Part shown: piece by piece, positions 26,358 through 40,706 of the stretch
Position numbering within the stretch: position 1 is the first letter of the stretch
Layout of the letters: each line of letters opens with the position of its first letter
Origin: Lingula anatina
Lineage: Eukaryota > Animalia > Brachiopoda
Reading direction: 5' to 3'
Assembly (NCBI GenBank): GCA_051362555.1
Contig: CM120641.1
Span: 32,370,401 to 32,434,400, forward strand
Length of the DNA: 64,000 nucleotides
Program-made: the position numbers and the translations under genes
Notes under the pieces: generated by a model
The model's database searches: none
Seen by the model: the letters and a program-made list of their open reading frames with translations, nothing else
Told to the model about the DNA's origin: nothing

Positions 26358-27229
26358 TCATCTTTCGCAATAGGGCACTGTATACTGTAACATTTTTTCT
26401 TGAGATTTATTTAGTTTCAGAATGGGACTTTTTGTGTCGGTTCGCAATCGTCGCATCTCGTCTGCTTCGGCTTTCTCGGCGGTCCGTGTTCTCTGTCTCC
26501 TCATAGATAGAGGGCGCACGTTATCTTCACTCATGTGCTCAAAAAGTGCTCGAATATCGGCGGTTATTTCCCTGAAAGGAGAAGAAAGCTATGTACTTTG
26601 GTTCGTGGAATCGAGGAGTTTCTGTTGACACTCCTTGGTGGAATGCAACAAAACATTTCACTTAGCTGTTTTCCAGAGTATCCACACAAATAAAATAATG
26701 GTACTTGTCAAACTTTAATAAAACTTTCATTCTTTTTGTTGATGTAGTGCACATGACCTCACAGCAAAATTATGACAAAGAGATATTCTAATGACTTCAT
26801 TAACTTTCCTTACCGGTTAAGGGCGTCGTACAATGTTGGTAAGAGAGGAATGGTGTCCATGGCTGCAACTCGCTGTGCAACCTTACTAAGAGGTCTGCGG
26901 GACCAAAAGTTTGGATCTTCGGACATCAGTTGCTGTAAAAGATAAAAAAAGATCATGAACCATTAAAAATGAAAGTTTACTAAACGAAAGCATACATAGT
27001 CCTACAAGTATACTCCTTGCTACTCTTACAACGCAAAAACTGCAACTGCCCCCTGATGAAAATTCATCTGTGTAGTCTGTTGATTATCTTATGACATGTT
27101 CTTTTAACACAATTCACAGGCTAAGGCAAGTAAATGCATTTAATACTTGTTGCTGCCGATCCGCGTTTTTACCAGGACTAGAATGTTTGAACCCCTGCTC
27201 CATCTTCTATGCTGGCTGTGTGTGTGTGT

Positions 27230-27260
<31 letters not shown>

Positions 27261-29453
27261 GACCAGTAATTTTGTCTTCTTCTTCTATTATCTAAAAATG
27301 TATCCTTGCCAAACCCGAACCCCCACACTGGGCAACATATTAGATACACCAATGCTGATGCAAAGACCGTGCATAAGGAACTTTTACTTTAAATAACTGT
27401 GCTCTTACCCTAGTTGCTGGGTCGATGTCCTCCTTAACGCCGCCGTACTTCACGTAAGCGTCACGCACGTGAATAAAACGTGGCGGGAGTCCTTGCGTTT
27501 GCATAATAAGGGAGTACGCCACCTATGAAATAAGACGTCAAATCAGTTTTCGATACTGAATTCAGTGAGTGGATCTACCTTTAATTCAAGTTATGAACAA
27601 ACGTCGTCTTGAAACAGTTTTATTAAATCATCACTTCACCCAACACTGATATTGTATGTACGTTTTATGAACAACCTCATCATTTTAAAAATAAATAAAT
27701 GAAGCAATAAATGAGTAAGTAAAAATGAAAATATTGAAAATGTATTGGATCCTAGCTCGCACTTGGCAGCATCGGAGAAACATTTCATTCTTTCTTTTCA
27801 GTTTCTAGGATGTCTCCCATTGTTTTTTTAATTGAAAAGGGCCGGCAACATTTTTGCATTGGATCCGCAGGTGACAAGTTAGATGTACTTTAATTTGGCT
27901 TAAAAAAGAATAGCAAAATCAGCCGAGGAACCCTTGTCAACAATTTGTCTCATCTAAGTTGTCTATTTAATGGCCTAGATGAGTACTGCTTAGCAATAAA
28001 CCAGACCAGAAAACTATCTATCTATTATTCCTTTCATGCGCTCCACGTAAAAACTCCATTGAGTACAAAGGAATTTAATAAAATTGCAGAAAAACTGTTG
28101 ACGCGCACTAATATAGTTCCTTAAAAGTCAACAAAACACGGCACACACTTAAAACTACTTAAAGTCACGAAAAACAGGTTACCTGTGTGTCAAATACGTT
28201 TTGTATCCGCACCCCAAACTGTCTTCGAAGAGCGAGGTTAAACTCGTTGCCGTCGTGGAGTACCTAAAATCAGGAGGAAGATTCTTAAAACACAATTGAA
28301 TTGAAATCACTCATATAATTTTGTTCAATACACACAATTCTTTTTTTCTAACATAAACGTGGAGAGTTTTTTAATCCAAACAAAGGATGCGACTATAATT
28401 TTTTTCTATCTCAATGACTTAATAAAAAACGTTGTTTGCTCTGATTGGAAATATATCAAAGATTTCGAAACTTTGATTCAGACTTGACGTTGGCATATTT
28501 GTTGCTTGATCTTATTTCATTTACTGAATAGAGCCATAACAGACGTCACCTCATGATACAAAATAAACCAACCAATGCAACCCCATCATCACAAGACAAA
28601 GTCAGAACAGTACCTTTTTTAATTCCTTTGACTGTAGCACACGCCCTACTCCTCCGCTGATCATCAAATCTCTGTTTTTTCTGATGTCAAAGATGAAAAC
28701 TTCTCCATGCAATGTGACGACTGTCACCAAAGTAATTGTCTCTGGAATTGGAGTATAAGTTTTTTTTAAATGCGTCTATAAAAATCAATGTGCATTCCGT
28801 ATCAATTTGTTAATACATGTATGAACTTTGTATTACACCCAACGTGAAAAGGGGGGGGGGGCTATCTGCACAGGTGAGAAAAGATACACTCTGTGGTCCA
28901 CAGAGACACGTATCACATACCTAAATCTTCCCTAAATTGCACCATTTAAAAAAAAAACTCCCCTCTTACCGAAAGTTGTAAGCTACTACATCTCTTGGAG
29001 AAAAGTGGAGGATTAATTTTTAAGTCCTCTCCTCATGCGTCTTAAATCCACCGGTGATACGAATTTATTTATTCTATAAAAGACATCCATTATTTTAACA
29101 GAATGTCTTTACTAAATGCATGTGAAAATGTATTTTGAAAGCACTATTTGTACATGGATTTCCTTCCAATTCCACATTGTAAGAATAATTGAAAGAATAA
29201 TACTCAGAAACCAAATGATAATACATGTGAAAATGTATTTTGAAAGCCATTATTTGTGCATGGATTTCCTTCCAGTTCCACATTGTAAGAATAATTGAGA
29301 TCATTTGTTTTAAACTCCCAAACGCTTACCTAAGTTATTGAATGGGACTCCTTTGCCGCTCACCCCAATGATAGGAGGATCCAACATCAATATTCTTCTC
29401 ACCACATCGTTGGCAACTGACAACTTCGTTATCACTTTAATTTTGGTGTACAT
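26358..29453 (-). CDS. EXD1/Egalitarian-like DnaQ-fold 3'-5' exonuclease-domain protein, ~259 aa, probably catalytically inactive
   Basis: Minus-strand GT-AG exons in continuous frame: 29330-29453 (MYTKIKVITK...PPIIGVSGKGVPFNNL), 28614-28741 (ITLVTVVTLHGEVFIFDIRKNRDLMISGGVGRVLQSKELKK), 28183-28263 (VLHDGNEFNLALRRQFGVRIQNVFDTQ), 27409-27522 (VAYSLIMQTQGLPPRF...), 26814-26932 (DPNFWSRRPLSKVAQRVAAMDTIPLLPTLY), 26358-26571 (TGA). The motifs KVxHD, NVFDTQVA and W.RPL are hallmarks of the Egl/EXD1 exonuclease subfamily. A further upstream exon is possible (acceptor at 29458-29459). Confidence 0.88.
29119..29299. repeat. Local tandem duplication (~75-bp core, period ~106 bp) in an intron
   Basis: catgtgaaaatgtattttgaaagc...ccacattgtaagaataattga occurs twice. 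Confidence 0.75.
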
Positions 29454-32392
29454 GGCACTAAGATGAACAGCCGGATGCTGCAATTACCAAAGAGAATAAT
29501 AAAGAAAACACAGGTTGCCTTAAAACACAGGTGCAACGCAAAAACTCAATTAATTTTAACAAACGATTAGTGTGATGGGAAGGTAAACAGTTTCTGTGGC
29601 GGCCGAAGAATGGAAGAGCCGATGTACCCTTGGCGAGTAATTCGGTTTTGTTTGGACCCGTTTTTAGAATAAGAGAAGAGAGAAAAGTCCAAAGCGTCAA
29701 TTCCACTGGTTTATTTTTTCTCTTTAAAAACTCAGAAACCAAATGATAAAGACACATTCAATGTCACCAAAGTTCACGTGTATTAGCATTGTTTTGTGAC
29801 ACATTGAATAATGTCGTCATCACGAACACAGCTTGAATCCATCACTGGCTGGGTGTAGAGTGACAGTTTACATTTCCTGCATTACACAAAGTGTGTGGAA
29901 ACAGTAGTGCCGTTTGATACAGATGGCGTGATTCATACAAACTAAGAGAAAAGAACCAGCAAAAACGGGTCCAGACCAATAAATCTTAGCCTCCCCTATA
30001 TGCCAGACTTTTATAAAACTGAGTTGCTTCAGTTGATCAAATCTGATCTTGTTATTCACTTAAGCTGTTGTAATTAGAGGGAATATAACATGCACTTGTA
30101 TTGCCAGTGAAAAAGGACACAATCCAGATAGAGAACAAATTTTAAGCTACAGTCATTAGAACTAGGGTTGTGGTCTGGTGTACATATCAAGACACAACTC
30201 TCAGGAAATATACGAAACACCTTGATATTCAACTCTCATATATATGCAAAACTGCTGTTGCACAAGAGATACCGTAGAATGTGAAACACTGGTTTAGTTT
30301 GGGAAATTATGGAGCTAAATACCCGAAAAATATCAAATTGTATTATATTCCAAATTGCTTTTGATCGTGTGCCAAATATTTGAAATTAATTTATACACGT
30401 TCTCTAATAGCCACTTCATTTTTTTTCATCTCTTCTATTCTTTCTAGATATAGGCCTACAATACTTCATTCTCTTTTAAGACATGTATAGGACAACTAGA
30501 CAATACTTTTTGGACCAGAGTACTTTTAAGTTATTTTATATTAAAATATCTAAGGTGTCAGCTGATTCGCTCAGGGTGTCACAGACACCCCCCTATATTC
30601 GTTAATGCACAATTTCAACAAATCCTAACAGCATTTATGTTTTTCAGACCTATCTCGATAAATTGTACAGAAAAAATGGGACATCATAATCGAAAACGTG
30701 GTAAAACACACATACTCTACCTATTCCACGTATCCTTATACCATCCCGTGGTAGGAAAGTAACAGCGACTGTTGGCCTAAACCTCAGAGACCGCTCTATT
30801 CTGTTTACTTCAATGGGTTACTTGCCAATACAGTGAATACTGGGCTACTTTTACACTTGGGTCGATTCTAATTAAATATTCAATGCAGGCACAAAAAGCA
30901 CGCAAGGTGCTACTTTGATTTTGATATACAAAGGTCCCTTGGGTGTTTGCATTCCCCCTTTCAAGCCAAATGACACGTCAATAATGAAGTGTAGATGTTA
31001 TCGGGATTGGACGCAATAGATTGAAGGTTGGCTATTCGGTCGCTTAGAGATGGTAAACAGAAGAGGATTCCAGTCTCCACGAGTGGAGAACGCACAACTA
31101 ACACAGTGGAGGCAAAGAAATTGTGTGGGCCGATCTATGTACACACTGATCTGAACGTTAGGATGTCACATATGTAAGAAAACAATAAGTTATGAAGTTA
31201 TGCTGCCATACAAATACACGTACATTTTGCTTTAGCAAATACTTGTATGTTACACTGCTAGGTCCATTAGATAAAAAAAAAATTATTCATTAAAAGTTTT
31301 ATTTTCACAAAAAAGTTTTGATATACAAAAACTTCTTTAAAACATCTACTTTGAGCTTTTTGGTCAGCTTTTACGGTTAAAACACATACTTTGAGCTTTT
31401 TGGTCAGCTTTTGGTCAACTTACAGACATGGCCAGTAAATCGTCTATAAACAACCTTTGTTGGTTCTGATATATCATATCTATGCTCTTACAGTAGTCAA
31501 CATTACTTCAGTTGAGAAACTGTAGGAAGATAGTAGGTAGAAGATGTTAGAAGAAAGACAGCCAGAGAATGCTGTCAGGGTTAAAAAGCACTGTGAAGCA
31601 AATCAGGACTTATCATTACTTGTGCTGCAGGTCCTACAGCTGTTGTGTCGGTAAAATAAAACCAGATAATTAAATGAACTATAAAATACCTATTTCAATT
31701 AATAACTCTAGCAACATAGGAACGTAGACTAAGAACATAGAGGTAAGAAGAATACCTTAACAGAACAAAGATATCATGAGCCAACACTGATAAATTAAAA
31801 AACACATTTACTATGACTAACACTAACATACTTTGCATTGTTCATTCAATATCCTTTTAAAGGATAAATTATATAGTCTAAACTTAGCTGACAAGCATCT
31901 TACTGACTGTTTTTGGCCAATTTGACTATTGAAATAGTTTTAAACTGCAGAAGAATCCTCTTCACCATTTCTAAAGTATAAATACTACAATTATACTCCA
32001 AATCATAGCATTTCTACGCAAATGCTACAGTAATGTAATTTTTGTTGCAATTTTTATAAATATTAACTTTAAAAATCTATGGCATCTTTCTTGAAATCAA
32101 TTGTGTAATAGCAATGGATCAGCGCATGAAATATACAAGATCATTACAAAGAAATTCTTAAGTTTTCCATCAAATGATGATTTGATGTATAGTTTAATAT
32201 CAAGAGTTTTTCAAGAGTCGTGGAAGACAATGTATAAATAAGAAAAACACCACGTCTTATTCCTAGTGGTGAACTCCTGATCTCCCAGAGAATGGGGACT
32301 ATCTGCAGAGATAATGTTGGAAGGTCTTAGAAAACTGTGTCATATCCCCTTGAACTTGGCACATTATTCCATGTTCATGGCTCAGGAAGCAT

Positions 32393-35300
32393 CTAATCTG
32401 CGTGACTGTTACTTTTTAGTTTTGTCTTTTTACTGTAAATAGCTTCAGTAAATGGCCTGGAAAAAAAAGGAGAAACTTAAGTCATTTAATAAGAAAATTT
32501 AACTTTTCTTACTGACATTTATAATTTAGTTCTTACACAAATAGGTTTACATTTTTTCATTTAATAATGCGTCAATAAGTTCCATAACACATTTGTTAAA
32601 AGAAATATAAGGAAGTAGAAAAACCTTGGGTATGAGCAAATACCTAAAACATTTTTATATCCATTTTGTTACTAAAAAAATGCTCAAGTTTTTGCAGCAT
32701 TTTTTGACTTATTTAAATGAGACTTACCCTTCAAACATGATAACAATCTTGTAAGACACAGCAACCCAGAGAGTGAGCAAGAGACCTGCATGGCTAGCTT
32801 GTCTGGAAGACAAAAATTTAGATTTTATTTTCTTACTTTGGATCTGGCCTCCCCCCCCCCCCCCCCCCCCCCCCCACAAATTCCAAACTGAATTTATTCA
32901 GTTCTGTTCTTGCATTAATAAATGCGCCACCACTTAACAACACAGCAATGATTACACATGCCCGCACTTTTTAGTTTCAGCAGAGACATTTTAGTGCAAT
33001 ATTATAATTTCCACAAAAACCACCAAAAACCAGTAACATCCATAGGTTCCTGATAGGATGTAACACACTTAACAAAGTGCTTAAGGTAATTTACTTTAAA
33101 AAATAACTGAATAACTAACTAAATATTATAAAATGAATAATTTTTAATTCTGAAAAATTACTCTTTTTCACTAAAACAAAACAAACACATGCCAGTGTGT
33201 CATCAACAATCACTTACATAAGAGCTACACCAAAGAAATTCATAGTCGATCCCCAATACATAGGGTTGTCCATTATGTTAAACGGGAAACTGGTCACTTT
33301 TTCATCAAGCAAAATACCAAAATAATCTCCTACAAAATAAAAATAGAGATATTGAACATTCATAAGGTACATATATTCAAATTAGCATAAACAATGACAA
33401 TGGTGCATTTAAAAAGATATGAAGTTACTTTGATACAACCTTTACAGGGAGCAATTAATCCAGACCAACACACACACACACACAAAAAAAAACCTAGCCT
33501 CATTCCCTGATGAAGATGTTCTGCTAGACATCGAAACATTGGAGGTAAAAACTACTTCAATACTAAGCTGTTGACTGAAGAAAAATCACTTCATTCAGTC
33601 ACATCAGAGTTTTGTTTACTAAAAAAAAATCTCAGGGCTGGATCATGAAGACTTTACAAATTTCAAAAAGTTACACCAACCTAAAAATGTCCCTGTGACT
33701 CCCAAAGTGAAGAAGCTAGTCAACACCAGCATGCTCCCTACTAGTACAGATACATATCCTGACCAGAGAATCCAGTTACTAAATAACTCAGGAGACTTGG
33801 GCTGACTTTGAAGAGCTAGTCTGTACCTAGAAACAAGATAATTTGTTTTGTTAATGCTTTCATGTGTTTGTTAATTAAAGTCATCCCTGGGACAGTTTAT
33901 TTTCTATGTTGACGCTTACATTTCATTTTCAGTTCGATCTTAAAAAATAAATTCTTTATCTATAAATATTTACGCATAAGTAAATGAGTTGATGCATGGC
34001 CAGTAAATCAGAGATAATAACATAAGGAGGTGCACAGTAAATAATAATCTTCAATATGTCAAATTTGATTATGGAAAAAAAATCAGTGCACAGATAAAAA
34101 GACATTTTAAAGCCTAACCTCCCATCTCTGTAAATGCCAAGAAAAAATATCATAACTGCCAGGACATAACATCCAATGTATGGGGACCCAAACAGTCTGC
34201 TGAGCTTGTGGGTTCTGTATTCCCATCTGGCCACCTGGAGAATAAAAGATCAGAAAACATAATATGATTATCAAATGCCATATTCATATCAAATTGGCAA
34301 AGGATTTTTGCCTATGTCAAGGATGTAATCTGAAGTCTCTAATTGTGTCTTCAAAAAGACAAGGTCTGTAGAAATATTAAAAGTTTTATATTTTTCCCTT
34401 TTTTAAAATTCAATTTTTTTCATGCTCCAATAAATGCATATGCATGTATATGTTCAATAACAGACAAGTGAAACAAGGCAGCAAAGCTGTCAAATGTACA
34501 GACAAAAAACAGGAAATAACTATGCACAAAATAGGCTACTGTCAATTCTGATGCAAAAATACATTATGTTAAACTGCAAATTCAACATCAAATTTTAATT
34601 ATCCTCAACAGGTAATACCAATGTAATTGAAATATGTGACAAGTTTACACTTTGAAAATGTATAACTTCCAGAAAAAGAAGTCACTTAGACTGCTTTGCC
34701 AACTCAGACTGCATTTTAGTCCTGTATTTCTTTTTTGAAAGTTTGGCAATCATAAGTAACATGGTTTTCCCATAATGGTCATCATGGCAGCAGCACCCAA
34801 AATTGTGTTTTCTTCTATTCTGATGCAATATTACATAATGGTTAACAGCATAATGACCGTCAATTTTTAATAATAAAATATACATATCATGGATTTTCAG
34901 AAAATGTGACTAGCATGGGTCTTCAAGCCCGTGGAACTTCAAAGTCACACCTTGAAAATGCCAATATGTGAAAAATTAAATTTTCACAAAATAACTGTTT
35001 GACTGGCAGTAAGAATTACCAAACAGACTGTATTTCCTACTGAAGCTGTATTTTAGTCCCATGTTTCTTTCCTGTAAGTTTGAGAACAGTAAATGACATG
35101 GTTTTTCTTAAATGGTCATCATGGGAGCAGTGCCCAAAATAGTTTTTTTTTTCAAATTTTGATGCAATATTACATAATGTTTAACAGCATAATGACCATC
35201 AACTTTAATAATAAAATATTAGTATTATGGATATTCAGAAAATGTGACTAGCAAAGGTCTTCAGGCCCATGGAACTTCAAAGTCACAACTTGAAAGTGCC

Positions 35301-38300
35301 AAAATGTAAACGAGACAGCACTGTTCTGAAATGTTCTTTTTTTCCATTTTTAACAATTTTTAACATAAAACAAAATTAACAGTTTTCTGCTGTTTTTATA
35401 TGATCAACTAAGAAAATTGATGAGATGGGAAAAATATCAACAGAGCAGTGTTAAATGTCCAATCTCTTCCATTCTGAGATTCTGAACATAGTGAATGATT
35501 GAATCTGACAAACTGCAATGATATGAGTTTATTTCCATTTTTGAAACTTTATTACACAATACACGATAACAAGTTTACCATCATTTTTACATAATCAACT
35601 AATAATGTTGTAAAATTGCAGGAAATGCCAAACAAACACTTTTACGTATCTTATTAGTTCAATAATGAAACTGTTTACATGCCTAAGAATTAAATCTGAG
35701 GAAATGTGAAAAAACTGCATTTCTTTAAAATAATGGCCCGATTATGCTGATTTTTTAACTCAACCTGCGTTTTAGCAGGAATGACCACTCCTGTGAGTTT
35801 AATGACAATTGGCCCATCTGTTTTTCTTATATTGTGTTTACAGTGTTGCATATATGCTGAAAAGTGAAAAAAAAAGCATAACTACTAAAATAGTGGCCCG
35901 ATCATGCCGATTTTTGAACTTGACCTGCGTTATAGTAAGATCGATTACTCCTGTGAGTTTCATGACAAAAAGCTTATCGGTTTTCCTTGAAATGTGTTTA
36001 CAGTGTTGCATATATGCTGAAAAGTGAAAAAACAGCATAACTTCTACATTAATGGCCCGATCATGCTGATTTTCGAACTTGACCTGCATTTTATGAATAT
36101 TCATCAGCTCTGTAAATATACAGCCAAAAAGTAAAACTGCCTTCCACTTATCGTGTTTACAATGAAAGTGCATGGCGCCGGCGACAGCGACAGTGACAGC
36201 AACGACGGCGACGACAGACGCAGGTGATGGCAATATGTACAGACACATCTGTACATATTAACTGTACTGTTTGAGAACAGTAAGTGACATAGTTTTTCTT
36301 AAATGGTCATCATGGGAGCAGTGCCCAAAATAGGTTTTTTTCAAATTTCGATGCAATATTACATAATGTTTAACAGCATAATGATCATCAATTTTTAATA
36401 ATAAAATATTAGTATCATGGACAAATAGTAAACTTGACTAACAAAGGTTTTTAGGCCGATGGAACTTCAAAGTCACGCCTTAAAGATGCCAAAATGTAAA
36501 CAAGACTGCACTGTTCTGAAATGGGTTTATTTCCATTTTTAACACTTTTTTAACATAAAACAAAATTAATAGGTTACTGCCATTTTTATAAGATCAACTA
36601 AGAAAATTGATGAGATGTGAAAAATATCAATAGAACAGTGTTTAATGTCCAATTTCTTCCATTCTGAGATTCTGAACATAGTGAATGATTGAATCTGACA
36701 AACTGCAATGATATGAGTTTATTTCCATTTTTGACACTTTATTACACAATACACGATAACAAGTTTACCATCATTTTTACATAATCAACTAACAATGTTG
36801 TAAAGATGCAGGAAATGTCAAACAAACACTTTTATGTATCTTATTACTTAAATAATAAGGCTATTAACATGCCTAAGAATTAAATCTGAGGAAATCTGAA
36901 GAAATGTGAAAAAACAGCATAACTTCTAAAATAATGCCCCGATTATGCTGATTTTCGAACTCAACCTGCGTTTTAGTAAGACTGACCATTCCTGTGAGTT
37001 TAATGACAATTGGGCTTTCTGTTTTTCTTATATTGTGTTTACAGTGTTGCATATATGCTGAACAATGAAAAAACCGCATTACTACTAAAATAGTGGCCCG
37101 ATCATGCTGATTTTCGAACTTGACCTGCGTTTTAGTAAGATTGATTACTCCTGTGAGTTTCATGACAACAGGCCTAACGGTTTTCCTTAGAATGTGTTTA
37201 CAAGGTTGCATATATGCTGAAAAGTGAAAAAACAGCATAACTTCTACAATAATGGCCCGATCATGCTGATTTTCGAACTTGACCTGCGTTTTATGAATAT
37301 TCATCAGCTCTGTAAATATAAAGCCAAAAAGTAAAACTGCCTTCCACTTATCGTGTTTACAAGGAAAGTGCACGGCGACGGCATCGGCATCGGCATCGCC
37401 ATCGGCATCGGCATCGGCATCGGCGACGACAGACGCAGGTGATGGCAATATGTACAGACACATCTGTGTCTGTACATAAAAATGCTTGTTAACACAGAAT
37501 ATAAGTACACTAACACAATTAACATACATGTGTATTGTACAAGATAGTAAGATAAAATTTAACAAAAGTATAAAAAATAAACAGATATATAAATAAACAG
37601 TTACAAAATTATAAACAATTAAGAAGCCACCAAAGGCCAATATTTCTTTCTTTGGTTCAAATGATATTAATGAAAAAGTATATGTTTTATCAAAGTTTCG
37701 CTTTTCAAACCAACTCAAAATTGTCAAATTGGTCTTTTTGACTTGAAATCATCTTTTTCAATCCCCACACCTTTAGTACTTGTTATCTAGGGTTCACTAC
37801 TGAAGCTTTTTCCACTGGCTTTACTTCATTTAAAAAGTGTAGCTAACTTTAGTATACTGTAAAATACTATGTATTACATCCAAATTATGTTACTGATTTG
37901 TACTTGACAAATCACTTCAGAGAACAAAATTTGCTAACACATTCAAAGTTAGAATGAATTATATCTCACAGTTTAAATATCCCATGCCCTCCAAAAGGGA
38001 TAACAATATAATCTCTTAAAATATAATCAAGGGCCATTCAGAAAACATTTTACAATGCAATAAACACACTGTGTACGATCTAATATCCACTACATATAGA
38101 AAGGTGGCATAGCTTGATGAAAATTTAGGCACGGGTTCATATGAATGGTCATGTCCAGTAGAAGCTTAATAAGTTAAACAAATAGCAACAATTAAGTATT
38201 TAGAAGTACATTGATTTTTAGGGAAAGTCAATATCACAAAAACTTTGGCTTGGGCATGGGAAAAGGAACATACAACCATTTAACAATTTAAATACCTTAG

Positions 38301-40635
38301 AAGCAGGAAGCCCTTTGACAAACAATACACAGCAGCAGTTAAAAGATTCCAGAGTACTTCACATAGGCAAGGATATGGTTTTACAGCATAGGGATATATC
38401 ATAAAATTGGTGTGGGACTGGTAGTTCAATATTTGCTGAATTGAAGTGGCCCCAACAGAATGTTCTTGCTAGCAGTCATGGTAACTTGTTTCATACACCT
38501 CTGGACTACTTAAAGGTAAGGGCTTTTCAATTTTCCGCACGACTTATTTCGCAAACATATACCATTTGGTAAAAGACCATTATATATTAAATAGATGTGA
38601 AAAAATGTAATACTTTTTATATAACTAAAATATATAAAAGAATGAAAAACTTTTAAAAACTAAATGAACTGGTAGCATAGAAAGAAGATTCATTTTTGTA
38701 GTTCCAGTCTAGAGGACATTTCACCAGGTGACACCTACTGAAAACAAAAATGTGAGCAGCATGGCTTTTTATTTCAGAGACAACCATTCAAACAATGCAA
38801 ATTTTCATGTTTCATTAACAAAAAATAGTCCTGTTGATTGAAAAGTTGGGAAAGTAAAATTTGCTGTGGTTTAAGGCAGTGCTAAGATATGCCAGAGGAG
38901 CCCAAGTAAGAGAAATATATATATATATATCAGTTTCTCTCAACTTCAGTATTACAAAGACTGTCCTAAGTTATGTTTTACTATGCACACTAGGGAAGCA
39001 ATAAAAATTCCTCAGCAGGTCAAAAATTAGCTCGGTTCAAAACACACTTAAATTGATTCCATAACTGAATCAATGGACTGAACTCATTAGTCCTTACAGA
39101 TATTTTCAATAAAACATTACCCATTAATTAATAAGCAACCATATGCAACTGACATCTTTATCTATTGAAATGTAAAACAAATAAGGATAGATATTTTGTT
39201 ATAAAGAACAATTACATTATATGCCATTGCAGTCAATGGTGCTTATATGTGGGAGACAATTTACTGAATGGTAGTTTGAACTAAAACAAATATATGCATC
39301 TCTTGCACTGCAAAATAAAAGGATTTATTTATAATTTTATTTATTATAATAAAAGGATTATAGCAGAGAATCTTGTTAACTGTAAACGTGCAAAAATATA
39401 TAATTTCACAAACTTAAAGCAGTACCTCCACTACAAGATGTCTAGCAAGCAAGTCCTGCTAATGCTTGTCTGCTTCAGCTCTTTTATGGCTTTTTGTTGT
39501 GATTTATGGTTAAAAATGTTCTCTTTCAAATATCAGTCCACATTTCTACAGCTGCCTGGCCAAAGTAAACATTTTAATATTGAAAATAGCAAAAGCCAAG
39601 ACCCCTATGTAATACAGTCCTCAATAATAACTCATCTGTTGACTGCACTTTCTCAATGGGCATACCTCAAGAAAATATTTTTATTATATGGGAATAATGA
39701 AAATGAAATAATTTCTAATATTTATTATTAGTTTTTGGTCCCTCAATTAATTTGTGGCTAGCAATGGGAGGTGTTCCTTAATTTCATATTTAAAATACCA
39801 TGGTTAGTTAACCACAAGCACACCAAGGATTAACACTGTGAAGCTATGGGAACATAATTATGTTGCGTCTTTCTTTTTTTTTTTAAGTTGGCTGCTCATT
39901 ATGAAGATTTACTGTGTTTTATGTTCCATGCCAAATGTGTGGTTCACAGGATTTAATTGATTAATTGTACAAAGAGGAAAAAGTAAGTTAAAACAACTTT
40001 GTATGATGCTGAAGTATTTCAAACATTGAGCTAGATAATACAGAATCATAATAATGGACATGGTCATGTACAGCTCTAGAGAGAATATTTTTATGCATAC
40101 ATACTCCAAGGGTCTTTCATTCATCATTTCAGTTGCCTGACTGGACTTTTCATTTCAGAATCACTGTCTAGTGTTTTGGAAAGCATAAAAACCAGTTTCT
40201 CACAGGGTTGTACAGTGCTATATCACACCAAGCCAATTGGTCATGGCAGACTCTGGCACACCAAAACCCCAAACAAGAACTCCTCTGAGAAAATTTCAGA
40301 CCAGTGCTAAAAGGCTGTCAAGTAAGTCTTCTGCTTTTTGCTGCTTATCCACATTGAAATGTTGATGAATCATATTTTATTGGCTAAATAAGTAAACTCA
40401 GCAATGATGCAAAAGTCATGGAACTTTGAAAGTAGTTATGGAACTTTGAAAGGAGTTAAAACCAAAAAAAAAAACAAAATATTGTACTTAAATGTATCCA
40501 AATGACAATATATTTGATGCATTAAGATTAAACCTATATAAGGTTGTGTGTTTAAAAGAGGGCAGCGAAGATAACTTCTATGGCTCAGTTAGAAAGGTTA
40601 AGTCTCAAATAACCAAGTTCTCCAATCTCTCTCTC

Positions 40636-40706
<71 letters not shown>

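Noticed and set aside
32393-32456. Possible homopolymer frameshift at the PEMT C-terminus (one more A would give ...KKDKTKK*)
   Set aside because: The existing frame ends normally at ~201 aa, a typical PEMT length, so there is no need to invoke an error.
39294-39731. 145-aa ORF in the PEMT intron
   Set aside because: AT-rich, intron-like composition, with no motif or splice support.
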